Positions 44,693 through 53,024 of a stretch of DNA of 60,303 bases are shown here, in pieces. The notes beneath the pieces were generated by a model. The model did not search any database. It saw only the letters and a program-made list of their open reading frames with translations, and was not told the origin of the DNA. The stretch spans positions 1 through 60,303 of the forward strand of contig CAMYZD010000001.1 in assembly GCA_947303735.1 (NCBI GenBank). Direction: 5' to 3'. Each line of letters opens with the position of its first letter. Position 1 is the first letter of the stretch. This stretch comes from an uncultured Bacteroidales bacterium. GTDB taxonomy: Bacteria > Bacteroidota > Bacteroidia > Bacteroidales > P3. A program made the position numbers and the translations under genes.

Positions 44693-44710
44693 ACAAAAAA
44701 ACAACACAAC

Positions 44711-45436
44711 ATGAAAAAACAAGATTGGTTAGTTATCTTAATCGTGGTGGTCGTGTTGGCCCCGTTCTTTATTCCTGCCACAGGATTCTTCGAGTGGTTC
44801 AAGGCATCCACGGCGGCACACCCTTACATCATGGCGTTCTTCAAGTTTGCCATCCTTGCCACCTTTGGCGAGATGCTGGCACTTCGCATCCGCGAGGGCG
44901 TGTACAACAAGAAAGGCTTCGGTGTGCTGCCCCGCATGATGGTGTGGGGTTTCTTGGGCATGTGCATCGCTATGGCGATGGTCATCTTCAAGAGTGGCGT
45001 GCCTACGTTCCTTGGTACCGTGGCGGATGCCATCAAGGGCTATAGCGGACATGTGCCTGCCTACGCCGCCATCTTCAAGGCTACGGAGCTGACATGGGGC
45101 AAGGTGGGTATCGCCTTTGCCGTCAGTGTGCTGATGAATACTATCTTCGCGCCGGTGATGATGACGTTCCACAAGTGTACCGACATCCACATCTTGGAGA
45201 ACGGTGGCACCGTGCGCGGACTGCTGCGCCCGATGAAAATGCGTGAGATATTTGCCACCAAGGTTAACTGGGATGTGCAGTGGAACGTGGTGTTCAAGAA
45301 GACCATACCCCTCTTCTGGTTCCCAGCACACACCATCACCTTTATCCTGCCTCCGACCTTCCAAGTGCTGTTTGCCGCTCTGCTGGGTGTGGCACTGGGT
45401 CTGATATTGGCTTTAGCTGGAGGAAGTAAGAAATGA
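44711..45436 (+). CDS. Hypothetical polytopic membrane protein
   Basis: 241 aa with about 6 hydrophobic segments and no recognised motif. Its stop overlaps the next start (ATGA at 45433-45436). Confidence 0.65.
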   Translation: MKKQDWLVILIVVVVLAPFFIPATGFFEWFKASTAAHPYIMAFFKFAILATFGEMLALRIREGVYNKKGFGVLPRMMVWGFLGMCIAMAMVIFKSGVPTFLGTVADAIKGYSGHVPAYAAIFKATELTWGKVGIAFAVSVLMNTIFAPVMMTFHKCTDIHILENGGTVRGLLRPMKMREIFATKVNWDVQWNVVFKKTIPLFWFPAHTITFILPPTFQVLFAALLGVALGLILALAGGSKK

Positions 45437-46638
45437 GGAAAAGACTAGTATTTCTAGTACTGCTAGTATCACTAGTTAGACTAGAAGCTCAAGAGGGCTT
45501 TCATTTCGGGTTCCACGGCTTTGTCAACCCCCACTACTATGCCGACAGCCGCAGTGTTGTGGGCGGGCGCGAGGATATGATGCTGTTCTACCCCAAACCC
45601 ATCGTGCGTGATGCTCAAGGCAACGATATCAACGACGGTTGGCAGGCCAATATGCTTGCCATCACCGCAAGGCTGAATGTGAAAATCACGGGTCCTGAGA
45701 TGTTGGGTGCAAAGACCTCTGCCTTTGTGGAAGGCGACTTCACGGGAGCAACTAACGCCACTATTGACAATCTGCGCCTGCGTCATGCCTACTTCACCCT
45801 CGACTGGGGGCGACACAAACTGCTTGCCGGACAATATTGGTATGCCATGGTCACACACGAGATTATGCCCATGACCAACCCTCTGAACATGGGTGCACCT
45901 TTTCATTGCTATGCGCGGCAACCGCAAGTGCGGTACACCTACAGTCTTGATGGACTGGAGGCGGTGGCTGTGGCACAGTGGCAGTTGGACAATATGAGTC
46001 AGGGACTGCTGAACGGGGTGCCTACCTCTTCTACGCTGTTTGCAAGACATAGCATATTGCCCGAGCTGAATGCCCAGCTGCGTTACCGCACGTCGAGATT
46101 GTTTATCGGGGCCGCTGCCAACCTCAAGAGCATACAGCCTATGGTGAACACTGCTGGTATGGCATCATCCCAGCAACTGCACCGTTCGTTGAGCTACTCC
46201 ATCTTCGGCAGCTACCGCTTCGAAGAAGGCTTTACCGTCAAGGTGCAAACTCTCCTCAACAACAGCCTCTATGAGGGATGTTCGCTGGGCGGTTATCTGA
46301 TGTACCAAAGTGTGGGAGGCAACCTTGTGGACTTCCGCGACTGGCACTTCAACACCGTGTGGCTCGACATCGAGCGCAACCATGGACACTGGCGGCCCGG
46401 TCTCTTCATGGGCTATGCCCAGCATATGGATGAGGGTCCTGTGCCAGCCATCTATGGTCCTGTCACCGTCTTTGGTCGCGGCTACGACCTTGATTATCTC
46501 TGGCGCATACAACCTCGCCTCACCTACACTACCCAGAAAGGTCTCTCCTTCGTGGGCGAAGCCGAATACACCTACGCTGGCTACGACGAGCCGGTGGGCA
46601 ACCTGCGTCTTTCATTAAGTGCCGTATATGCGTTCTAA
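45433..46638 (+). CDS. Putative outer-membrane beta-barrel / porin-like protein
   Basis: 401 aa with a signal peptide. Shows beta-strand patterning and a C-terminal aromatic residue (LSLSAVYAF). Confidence 0.65.
   Translation: MRKRLVFLVLLVSLVRLEAQEGFHFGFHGFVNPHYYADSRSVVGGREDMMLFYPKPIVRDAQGNDINDGWQANMLAITARLNVKITGPEMLGAKTSAFVEGDFTGATNATIDNLRLRHAYFTLDWGRHKLLAGQYWYAMVTHEIMPMTNPLNMGAPFHCYARQPQVRYTYSLDGLEAVAVAQWQLDNMSQGLLNGVPTSSTLFARHSILPELNAQLRYRTSRLFIGAAANLKSIQPMVNTAGMASSQQLHRSLSYSIFGSYRFEEGFTVKVQTLLNNSLYEGCSLGGYLMYQSVGGNLVDFRDWHFNTVWLDIERNHGHWRPGLFMGYAQHMDEGPVPAIYGPVTVFGRGYDLDYLWRIQPRLTYTTQKGLSFVGEAEYTYAGYDEPVGNLRLSLSAVYAF
45444..45488. repeat. Tandem 9-bp array, 5 units (actagtatt tctagtact gctagtatc actagttag actagaagc) inside the signal-peptide codons
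   Basis: Exact 9-bp phasing. In frame it reads CTA-GTN-NNN, giving LVF LVL LVS LVR LE. Confidence 0.95.
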
Positions 46639-47476
46639 CTATCATACACATTCCCGTTACTGCGACGGCAAGGGCGAACTTCGCGATTATGTTGAGCTTG
46701 CCCTTGCCAACGGTTTCTCCGCCCTCGGTTTTTCTGGCCACGCACCGCTGCCCTTCAAAAACACTTTCTCCATTCACGACGAGGACTATCTTGCCTACTG
46801 CAATGAGGTGCGGGCTCTGAAAGAGGAGTATCGTGGTCGTATCGACATCCGTTTGGGTTTGGAAATAGACTATGTGCCCGGGGTGAACGACGATTTTCAA
46901 CCCCTCATTCAGCAGGGTGGTCTCGACTATTGCATAGGCGGGGTGCATCTGGTCACCGACCCCGACGACACAAATTGGCTGCGCAACCATCCAAGCGATG
47001 CGGCGCAGCGCATTTGGTTCATCGATGGTCCTAAGCAAGAAACCTACGACGAGGGACTGCAACGGGTCTTTCATAGCGACATACGCCGCGGTGTCACTGC
47101 CTTCTTCCATCAAAGCAACGCCATGATTGAGAGCCAGCGTCCCACCATCGTCGCCCACTTCAACAAGATAGTGATGCACAACCGCGACCGCTATTTCTTG
47201 GAACACGACAAATGGTATCTCGACCTAGTTTACGAAACCATCGAACTCATCCACGAAGTGGGCTGCATAGCTGAAGTCAACACCCGTGGTATCTACAAGA
47301 AACGCCACGACGACTATTACCCTTCGCGCGAGCTGTTGCGCTACATGAATGAAAAGCGCATCCCCGTCATCGTCAGCACTGATGCCCATAGCCCCGAAGA
47401 CCTTCTAAAAACAGAAGGCGCAGAGGATTACCTCCGCGCCATCGGCTATTCTGAGATTGTCACTCGGTTGCCCTAG
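46628..47476 (+). CDS. PHP-domain histidinol-phosphatase family protein (HisJ-like)
   Basis: Has the NYHTHSRYCDG N-terminal PHP motif, GFSGHAP and VSTDAH. Starting at ATG 46628 overlaps the previous stop; the ORF-track start is GTG 46619. Confidence 0.85.
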   Translation: MRSNYHTHSRYCDGKGELRDYVELALANGFSALGFSGHAPLPFKNTFSIHDEDYLAYCNEVRALKEEYRGRIDIRLGLEIDYVPGVNDDFQPLIQQGGLDYCIGGVHLVTDPDDTNWLRNHPSDAAQRIWFIDGPKQETYDEGLQRVFHSDIRRGVTAFFHQSNAMIESQRPTIVAHFNKIVMHNRDRYFLEHDKWYLDLVYETIELIHEVGCIAEVNTRGIYKKRHDDYYPSRELLRYMNEKRIPVIVSTDAHSPEDLLKTEGAEDYLRAIGYSEIVTRLP

Positions 47477-47478
47477 TG

Positions 47479-48201
47479 CTACATCTTCTTCAGTTGAGCA
47501 AAGCGGTATTGGCGCATATAGTCGTCCTCTTCCGACCAGTATTTGGCGTTGAAGAGGTCCATACCCGTTGGGGTAATCTCGTACCAGAACTGCTCATTGT
47601 TGGAGAATTGCAGCAGGTGGCTGGGCATGTCGAACGAGTAGAAGAAGTGGAACGTCTGGGTGTCCGCCACGCCTTTGGCATCAGTGCGGACGAGCGTGGT
47701 GTCGAAGAATTGGTAGGTCACCTTCTTAATTGAATCGTAATAAGTGCCGGTCAGAGTGTTAATGCGAGTCTGAATCAGAATGTCCTCGTATGCCGCCATA
47801 GGGCTTTTGTCACCGGGGTCATACATCCACAGCGTGTCGGCCTCATCATCTTCGGGGTTGAGGCATACGATGATGGTCTTCTCGCCAAGCTGTTGCAGCA
47901 CAGCAGTGTCGCCCTCTACACCCACCGCAGTCCATTCGGTGCCGGGGTACGATTTGATAACGAAGGTGTCGGTCGCCACCTGTAGCAGCGCAAAGGTAGA
48001 GCCGCCCTCGTGCAGGGTGCCACCTTGGAAGATGAACAGGTCGGGGTTGTTGGTAATGGTGTCGTGGCTGCCGACAAAGAATTCGTAGCCGTCGAACCAG
48101 CAGGTGTTGTCGAAGTTAAACGTGGTTGCTTCCTCTTCCTGCGTGTGGCAGGCTGTGCAGAGGAGGGCACATACAGTCAGGATAGGAAATAGTCTCTTCA
48201 T
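47479..48201 (-). CDS. Hypothetical lipoprotein
   Basis: 240 aa with the lipobox LLCTAC. Last gene of a 3-gene minus-strand operon; it overlaps the upstream gene by 4 nt. Confidence 0.6.
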   Translation of the reverse strand: MKRLFPILTVCALLCTACHTQEEEATTFNFDNTCWFDGYEFFVGSHDTITNNPDLFIFQGGTLHEGGSTFALLQVATDTFVIKSYPGTEWTAVGVEGDTAVLQQLGEKTIIVCLNPEDDEADTLWMYDPGDKSPMAAYEDILIQTRINTLTGTYYDSIKKVTYQFFDTTLVRTDAKGVADTQTFHFFYSFDMPSHLLQFSNNEQFWYEITPTGMDLFNAKYWSEEDDYMRQYRFAQLKKM

Positions 48202-49058
48202 TTGGAAAAGTATTTGAATGTTCTGTTGTCAATACGGGTATATGATGATGCGCGAGTCAAGATGCGGCGGGTCCAATTGCCGTGGTCGTCTCGTATGTAT
48301 CGGGTTACGTTGGGAGCATCATTGTCATATCTAACTTCTTCTACAACGTTACCCAGCGAGTCGTACTCCGTTGAGGGGTGGTCTGGAATATACCAGTTCA
48401 TTACACCCTCTCGGTCGCGCATACTGGTCATGTCGCCTGTTTCGTTATATTCAAATGTCTGATAGGAGGCATCGGGGAATGTGATACGTGCCAGCCTTCC
48501 GTCGGTGTTGTAATCGTATGTAATGCGCGAACCGTCGGGGAAAATAAGCCGGTGCAGGTGGCCATCATGGTCGTATCGCAGGCGGTAGGTATAGCGTTTG
48601 TCGTTCGGGCCGGTGATGCGGGCTCTGCAGGTGCGACCATTGCGTGAATAGCTGTATTCAGTACGGGTATAGAGGGTTGTAATGCTGTCGTAGGGAGTGC
48701 CTGCACTATCTATGTAACACAGCTCCTCTATTCGCCGTCCTAGGCTGTCGTATTGAAAGGTGTAGCGTTGGTTGGTCTCGCGGTCGCGGTAGAGCAGTTC
48801 CAGGCAGTGTCCTGCGCTATCGAAGCAGACAGTATGTTCCGACACAAGACCTTCGAAATGCTCCTCAAACACCTCGTGTGTGAACATTGCCACTTCGCCC
48901 AGCAGCTCCTCAGTCTCACCTTCTCTAAGGTTATACTTGGTGGTGCGGTTGTAATCGTTTGGCAGGTTTGGAACATAGGGGAATGGGTTGCCTTGCTCGG
49001 AGCAGCCGACCGCCAACCCCAACGTCACTACCATCGTTGCGACCCCTAGCCACCGCAT
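48198..49058 (-). CDS. Short YD/RHS-repeat lipoprotein
   Basis: 286 aa with the lipobox LAVGC. Has YD-type repeats: YDSLGRRIEE, YDHDGHLHRLIFPDGSRITYDYNTDGRLARITFPD and YDSLGNVVEEVRYD. Confidence 0.65.
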   Translation of the reverse strand: MRWLGVATMVVTLGLAVGCSEQGNPFPYVPNLPNDYNRTTKYNLREGETEELLGEVAMFTHEVFEEHFEGLVSEHTVCFDSAGHCLELLYRDRETNQRYTFQYDSLGRRIEELCYIDSAGTPYDSITTLYTRTEYSYSRNGRTCRARITGPNDKRYTYRLRYDHDGHLHRLIFPDGSRITYDYNTDGRLARITFPDASYQTFEYNETGDMTSMRDREGVMNWYIPDHPSTEYDSLGNVVEEVRYDNDAPNVTRYIRDDHGNWTRRILTRASSYTRIDNRTFKYFSK

Positions 49059-49059
49059 G

Positions 49060-49563
49060 CTATTTCATCAATGTTTTGGTTACGATGGAGGCCAGTTTGC
49101 CTTTTGCTTGTTCTTTCAGCAGTTTCTCGGTCAATTTCGACTTCCCGATGGACTCTTTGTAATTGCTGTAGAACGCCAGCATCTCCTCCGTTGCCACTTG
49201 TGCGTTGATGAGGTTGCCGTCTTCCTTGTTGGTCAAAGCATGACGTGTCCATGCAGCCATAAATGCCACCAGCAAGTCACCTTTCTTAGCATCCACCAGA
49301 CGGGGGTCAAGCGCCACGCTCACATTGGGACTGCCAGTAAGCCAACGGACGAGGAAACTGGTGCATTCCTCGTGCTTGGGTTGGTTGAAGGCGGGGTCGA
49401 CGCTGAGCAGATAGTTGCAGCAGTTGAGCACGTCTGCCTCATAGTTGGCATAGTCCGAAGGCCACATCTTCTCGGGCATGATGGGCAGTTGAAATTGTAA
49501 CTCTTGTGCCATGGCGCACTGTGCCATGACCATTGCGACTAGGACTAAAGCTATCTTTTTCAT
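49060..49563 (-). CDS. Hypothetical exported protein
   Basis: 167 aa with the signal peptide MKKIALVLVAMVMAQCAMAQ. Its stop is 1 nt from the next start. Confidence 0.6.
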   Translation of the reverse strand: MKKIALVLVAMVMAQCAMAQELQFQLPIMPEKMWPSDYANYEADVLNCCNYLLSVDPAFNQPKHEECTSFLVRWLTGSPNVSVALDPRLVDAKKGDLLVAFMAAWTRHALTNKEDGNLINAQVATEEMLAFYSNYKESIGKSKLTEKLLKEQAKGKLASIVTKTLMK

Positions 49564-49642
49564 GTTAAATTTGTATTTTTTATGTGGTTATTATTGCTTG
49601 TCTGTCTGATAAAAATACTTAAAATGCATCCTCAATAGAAGG

Positions 49643-49657
49643 GTGGCCGAAGGCCAC
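49643..49657 (-). terminator. Small GC-rich hairpin downstream of sdaA
   Basis: gtggcc-gaa-ggccac. No clear T-run follows on the minus strand. Confidence 0.3.
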
Positions 49658-49664
49658 GAATGTA

Positions 49665-49699
49665 TCAATTCTCAATTTTCAATTTTCAATTCTCAATTC
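49665..49699 (-). repeat. Heptad array, 5 units (minus strand: gaattga gaattga aaattga aaattga gaattga; TTGARAA family)
   Basis: Exact 7-bp phasing. It begins 3 nt after the TAA stop of sdaA (49703-49705). Confidence 0.95.
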
Positions 49700-49702
49700 C
49701 CT

Positions 49703-50893
49703 TTACTCTTCCACTGCCAGACCGCCCATCGAAGTCTCTTTGTAGAGGCTGGGCAGGTCGTGTCCAGTGCGTTTCATTGTGCGCACCACCTTGTCGAAAC
49801 TGATGATGTGCTTGCCATCGCTCATCATGGCGTAGATGTTGATATCCAAGGCTCGCAAGGCTGCCATGGCGTTGCGCTCGATGCAGGGTATCTGTACCAG
49901 TCCGCACATGGGGTCGCACGTCAGGCCTAGGTTGTGTTCCATGGCCATCTCGGCGGCATACTCTATCTGCTGTGGGCTTCCGCCAAACAGTTGGTTGGCC
50001 GCCACTGCTGCCATCACGCAGGCACTTCCCACCTCACCTTGGCAGCCCACTTCGGCGCCCGATATAGAGGCGTTGTGCTTGATGACGTTGGCAAACAGTC
50101 CTGCTGTTGCCATGGCGCGTAGTATCTCCTTGTCCGAAAACTCATGAGCCTTTTTCAAGTGGTATAGAACAGCCGGTAACACGCCTGAAGCTCCGCAGGT
50201 GGGTGCGGTCACTATTTGACCTCCCGCCGCGTTGCGTTCCGATGTGGCAAGTGCATAGGCAATCACCAGCGCACGGCTCTGTAGCGAGGGTTTGTAGCTC
50301 GAGGCACGTACATAATACTGCCGAGCCTTGCTCCGTAGATGCAGTCCGCCAGGGATTACCCCTTCTTCCCGAAGACCTTCGGCAACAGTACTTTGCATCA
50401 CTTCCCACATCTCCTGCAGGTATTCCCAGATGTCTGCCTCTTCGCACTGCTGGACATACTCCCAGTAGGTCATGCCTTCGCGTTCGATGAAAGGCAGTAT
50501 CTCTGTCAGGGTCTGCATGTCGTACACCTGTCGCGATTCCTCCTTCATGCTCTCGTTTGCCAGCGCGCCACCGCCTACGCTGTAGATGGTCCAGTCGGAC
50601 GTGGTGACGCCTTTGTCGTCCAAGGATTCAAAATACATGCCGTTGGTGTGGAAAGGTTTCACGATATCGGGACGCCACACAATTTCCACTGGGATGGGGT
50701 AAGCCCCGTCGGCTATTGCCTTGTCGGTGCCGTGCCCTTTGCCAGTGGAGGCAAGGCTGCCATAAAGTGTTACGCGGAGGCTTTTCGCCTCGGGATGTGA
50801 TTGGCGGAACAGTTGAGCAGCACGATGAGGAGCCATCGTATGGCTGCTAGAGGGACCGACTCCCCTACGGTATATTTTCTTGATAGATTCCAC
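49703..50893 (-). CDS. sdaA: L-serine ammonia-lyase (Fe-S dependent, single-chain)
   Basis: Has GVGPSSSHTMAP near the N-terminus and the alpha-domain motif GAEVGCQGEVGSAC. I prefer the GTG start at 50893 because a -7 box overlaps the ORF-track TTG start at 50929. Confidence 0.88.
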   Translation of the reverse strand: MESIKKIYRRGVGPSSSHTMAPHRAAQLFRQSHPEAKSLRVTLYGSLASTGKGHGTDKAIADGAYPIPVEIVWRPDIVKPFHTNGMYFESLDDKGVTTSDWTIYSVGGGALANESMKEESRQVYDMQTLTEILPFIEREGMTYWEYVQQCEEADIWEYLQEMWEVMQSTVAEGLREEGVIPGGLHLRSKARQYYVRASSYKPSLQSRALVIAYALATSERNAAGGQIVTAPTCGASGVLPAVLYHLKKAHEFSDKEILRAMATAGLFANVIKHNASISGAEVGCQGEVGSACVMAAVAANQLFGGSPQQIEYAAEMAMEHNLGLTCDPMCGLVQIPCIERNAMAALRALDINIYAMMSDGKHIISFDKVVRTMKRTGHDLPSLYKETSMGGLAVEE

Positions 50894-50926
50894 TTGATGG
50901 TATTCAGTATAAGAAATTACAAATTG

Positions 50927-50934
50927 CAAAAGTA
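50927..50934 (-). promoter_or_regulatory. Candidate -7 box (TACTTTTG) for sdaA
   Basis: Plus-strand caaaagta, 34 nt upstream of the GTG at 50893. Confidence 0.4.
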
Positions 50935-51106
50935 CACTTTTTTTCTGACATAGAGGAAAAAGTTTGGCACATTCTATTCTCGTTCCCTCATGCTTCCCAC
51001 ATGCTTCCCACCGTCATGCCACAAGAAAAAGGGGAGGAGGGATAGGAATTTATTGCTCTCCGAAAGAAAAAAATGATAAAAAAGTGTGTAGATAAAAAAA
51101 AAGTTG

Positions 51107-51114
51107 TATCTTTG
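51107..51114 (+). promoter_or_regulatory. Candidate -7 box (TATCTTTG) for rpsP
   Basis: 55 nt upstream of the ATG at 51169. Confidence 0.45.
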
Positions 51115-51168
51115 CAATCTGATTTTAAATAAACATTATTCAAATAACGATTTAAAAAACAAACAATT

Positions 51169-51726
51169 ATGCCTGCAAGAATTAGATTACAGCGTCATGG
51201 TAAAAAGAATCAACCCTTCTACCATATCGTTGTTGCGGATGGTCGTGCACCTCGGGACGGAAGATTTATCGAGAAATTAGGCACGTACAATCCCCTGACC
51301 AACCCCGCCACCATCAACCTCGATGTCGACAAGGCCGTGATGTGGCTCAAGAACGGTGCCCAGCCCTCTGACACCTGCCGCAGCATCCTCTCTTACAAGG
51401 GTGTCCTGCTCAAACGTCACCTCCAGATTGGTGTTGAGAAAGGTGCTATCAGCCAGGAACAGGCTGACGTGAAGTTCAACGAGTGGCTCCAGGCCAAGGA
51501 GGCCAAGGTTGCCGCTGCCAAGAGCGAAAACGACAACAAACTCCGCGAGGTGAAGAAAGAGCGCCTCGAGGGTGAGAAGAAGTTCAACGAGGCTAAAGCT
51601 GCCGCTGTTGCCGCCAAGCGCAAGGCCGCCGCTGAGGCTGAGGCTGCCGCCAAGGCCGAGGCTGCCGCTGCCACTGAGGAGGCTCCTGCCGCCGAGGCAG
51701 AAGAAGCCGCTCCCGCTGCCGAATAA
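51169..51726 (+). CDS. rpsP: 30S ribosomal protein S16 with an Ala/Glu/Lys-rich C-terminal extension
   Basis: The N-terminus is [42 protein letters not shown]. Confidence 0.95.
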   Translation: MPARIRLQRHGKKNQPFYHIVVADGRAPRDGRFIEKLGTYNPLTNPATINLDVDKAVMWLKNGAQPSDTCRSILSYKGVLLKRHLQIGVEKGAISQEQADVKFNEWLQAKEAKVAAAKSENDNKLREVKKERLEGEKKFNEAKAAAVAAKRKAAAEAEAAAKAEAAAATEEAPAAEAEEAAPAAE

Positions 51727-51746
51727 TGAACTTTCAACAGGATAAA

Positions 51747-51779
51747 AGAGCGTGCCCATGGCGGACACGCTCTTTTTTT
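51747..51779 (+). terminator. Intrinsic terminator/attenuator after rpsP
   Basis: agagcgtg (51747-51754) pairs with cacgctct (51766-51773), followed by T6. Confidence 0.8.
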
Positions 51780-51799
51780 CAATCCTTATTAATATCTCT

Positions 51800-52327
51800 A
51801 TGACAAAGGAAGAATGCTATCTGTTGGGTAAAATCACCAAGCCTTTCGGGTTCAAAGGACAGGTCATTGTGTTTCTTGATGTCGACACCCCTTCCGACTA
51901 TGAGGAACTCGACTCTGCTTTTGTCGAGGTGAAGGGAACCTTGGTGCCTTACTTTTTTCATGTCGACAATTTGAATGGTAATAAGGCCACCATCACTTTC
52001 GAGGACCTTACCCCCGACGAGGCTAGAGCCTTGGTGGGGAATGACCTCTACTTGCCACTCGACCTCCTCCCCAAACTGACAGGAAACAAGTTCTATTTTC
52101 ATGAAGTCATCGGCTTTCGTGTGGTCGACGACGAATATGGCGATATCGGTACCATCGCCTCGGTCATTGAATTCCCTGCCCAGCCTCTGTTCCAAATAAT
52201 GAATAACGGGACAGAGATATTGATTCCCGTCATCGACCCAGTGATAAAAAAGGTAGATAGGAAGACAAATACAATATTTATCACTTCTCCTACGGGGTTG
52301 ATTGACTTGTATATGCAGAACAAATAA
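51800..52327 (+). CDS. rimM: 16S rRNA processing protein RimM
   Basis: I start it at ATG 51800 (MTKEECYLLGKITKPFGFKGQVIV). The PRC-barrel C-terminus is present and the gene follows rpsP, as is classic. Confidence 0.9.
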   Translation: MTKEECYLLGKITKPFGFKGQVIVFLDVDTPSDYEELDSAFVEVKGTLVPYFFHVDNLNGNKATITFEDLTPDEARALVGNDLYLPLDLLPKLTGNKFYFHEVIGFRVVDDEYGDIGTIASVIEFPAQPLFQIMNNGTEILIPVIDPVIKKVDRKTNTIFITSPTGLIDLYMQNK

Positions 52328-52371
52328 ACAGGCTGTTAATATTTTTTTCCTTCTAATTGCAAAAGTATACG

Positions 52372-52379
52372 TATTTTTG
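52372..52379 (+). promoter_or_regulatory. Candidate -7 box (TATTTTTG)
   Basis: 53 nt upstream of the ATG at 52432. Confidence 0.4.
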
Positions 52380-52431
52380 CACCGTGAATAATGAGAGAGA
52401 GTGCGATTTAGGAATTTAATAATTGTATACC

Positions 52432-52833
52432 ATGGAGAAGAAAGAGACCACACCTGAGAAGACCTGCTATTCGGCTGAAGAGTTGCAATTTTTTAAAGAA
52501 TTGATACTTCAGAAACGCGAAGAAGCCATAAAGAACCTCCAATTGTTGAACGAGGCAGTGGCTGGCAGTGCAAATGATGTCAACGACACGGCACCCACTT
52601 TTAAAACACTTGAAGAGGGGAGCAACGTTCTATCCAAAGAGGAGAACTCTCGTCTCGCCGCCCGTCAACAGAAGTTTATCAAAGACCTCGATGCCGCTTT
52701 GGTGCGCATTGAGAATAAGACCTACGGCATCTGTCGCGTTACTGGCAAGCTTATCCCCAAGGAACGATTGATGATTGTCCCCCATGCCACGATGACTATC
52801 GAGGCGAAGATGCAGGAAAAGAAACGCCGTTAA
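52432..52833 (+). CDS. DksA/TraR family protein with a degenerate (largely Cys-less) zinc finger
   Basis: Has a coiled-coil N-terminal part and C-terminal IENKTYGICRVTGKLIPKERLMIVPHATMTIEAK, which matches the TraR/DksA finger layout but keeps only one Cys. Confidence 0.75.
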   Translation: MEKKETTPEKTCYSAEELQFFKELILQKREEAIKNLQLLNEAVAGSANDVNDTAPTFKTLEEGSNVLSKEENSRLAARQQKFIKDLDAALVRIENKTYGICRVTGKLIPKERLMIVPHATMTIEAKMQEKKRR

Positions 52834-52858
52834 CACCGTCTTTTCATAAATAAACCCA

Positions 52859-52888
52859 GGCAGAACCATCGTGGCTCTGCCTTCTTTA
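52859..52888 (+). terminator. Intrinsic terminator
   Basis: ggcagaacca (52859-52868) pairs with tggctctgcc (52872-52881) with one mismatch, then ttcttta. Confidence 0.6.
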
Positions 52889-53024
52889 TATTGTAGTCAT
52901 GTACGCTAGGGATAATCACCTGGTCATGCAATAATCATTGTCATTTGACGTTATAGAATTGGTTGGTTTGAGGAGGCAAATTTGTGGTTTTAGATGACTA
53001 ATTGCTTCAAGAAACTGTAGATGT

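Noticed and set aside
51480-51726. The Ala/Glu/Lys-rich 100-aa tail on ribosomal protein S16, as a possible fusion or anomaly.
   Set aside because: Extended low-complexity C-terminal tails on S16 are common in Bacteroidota, so this is not unusual.
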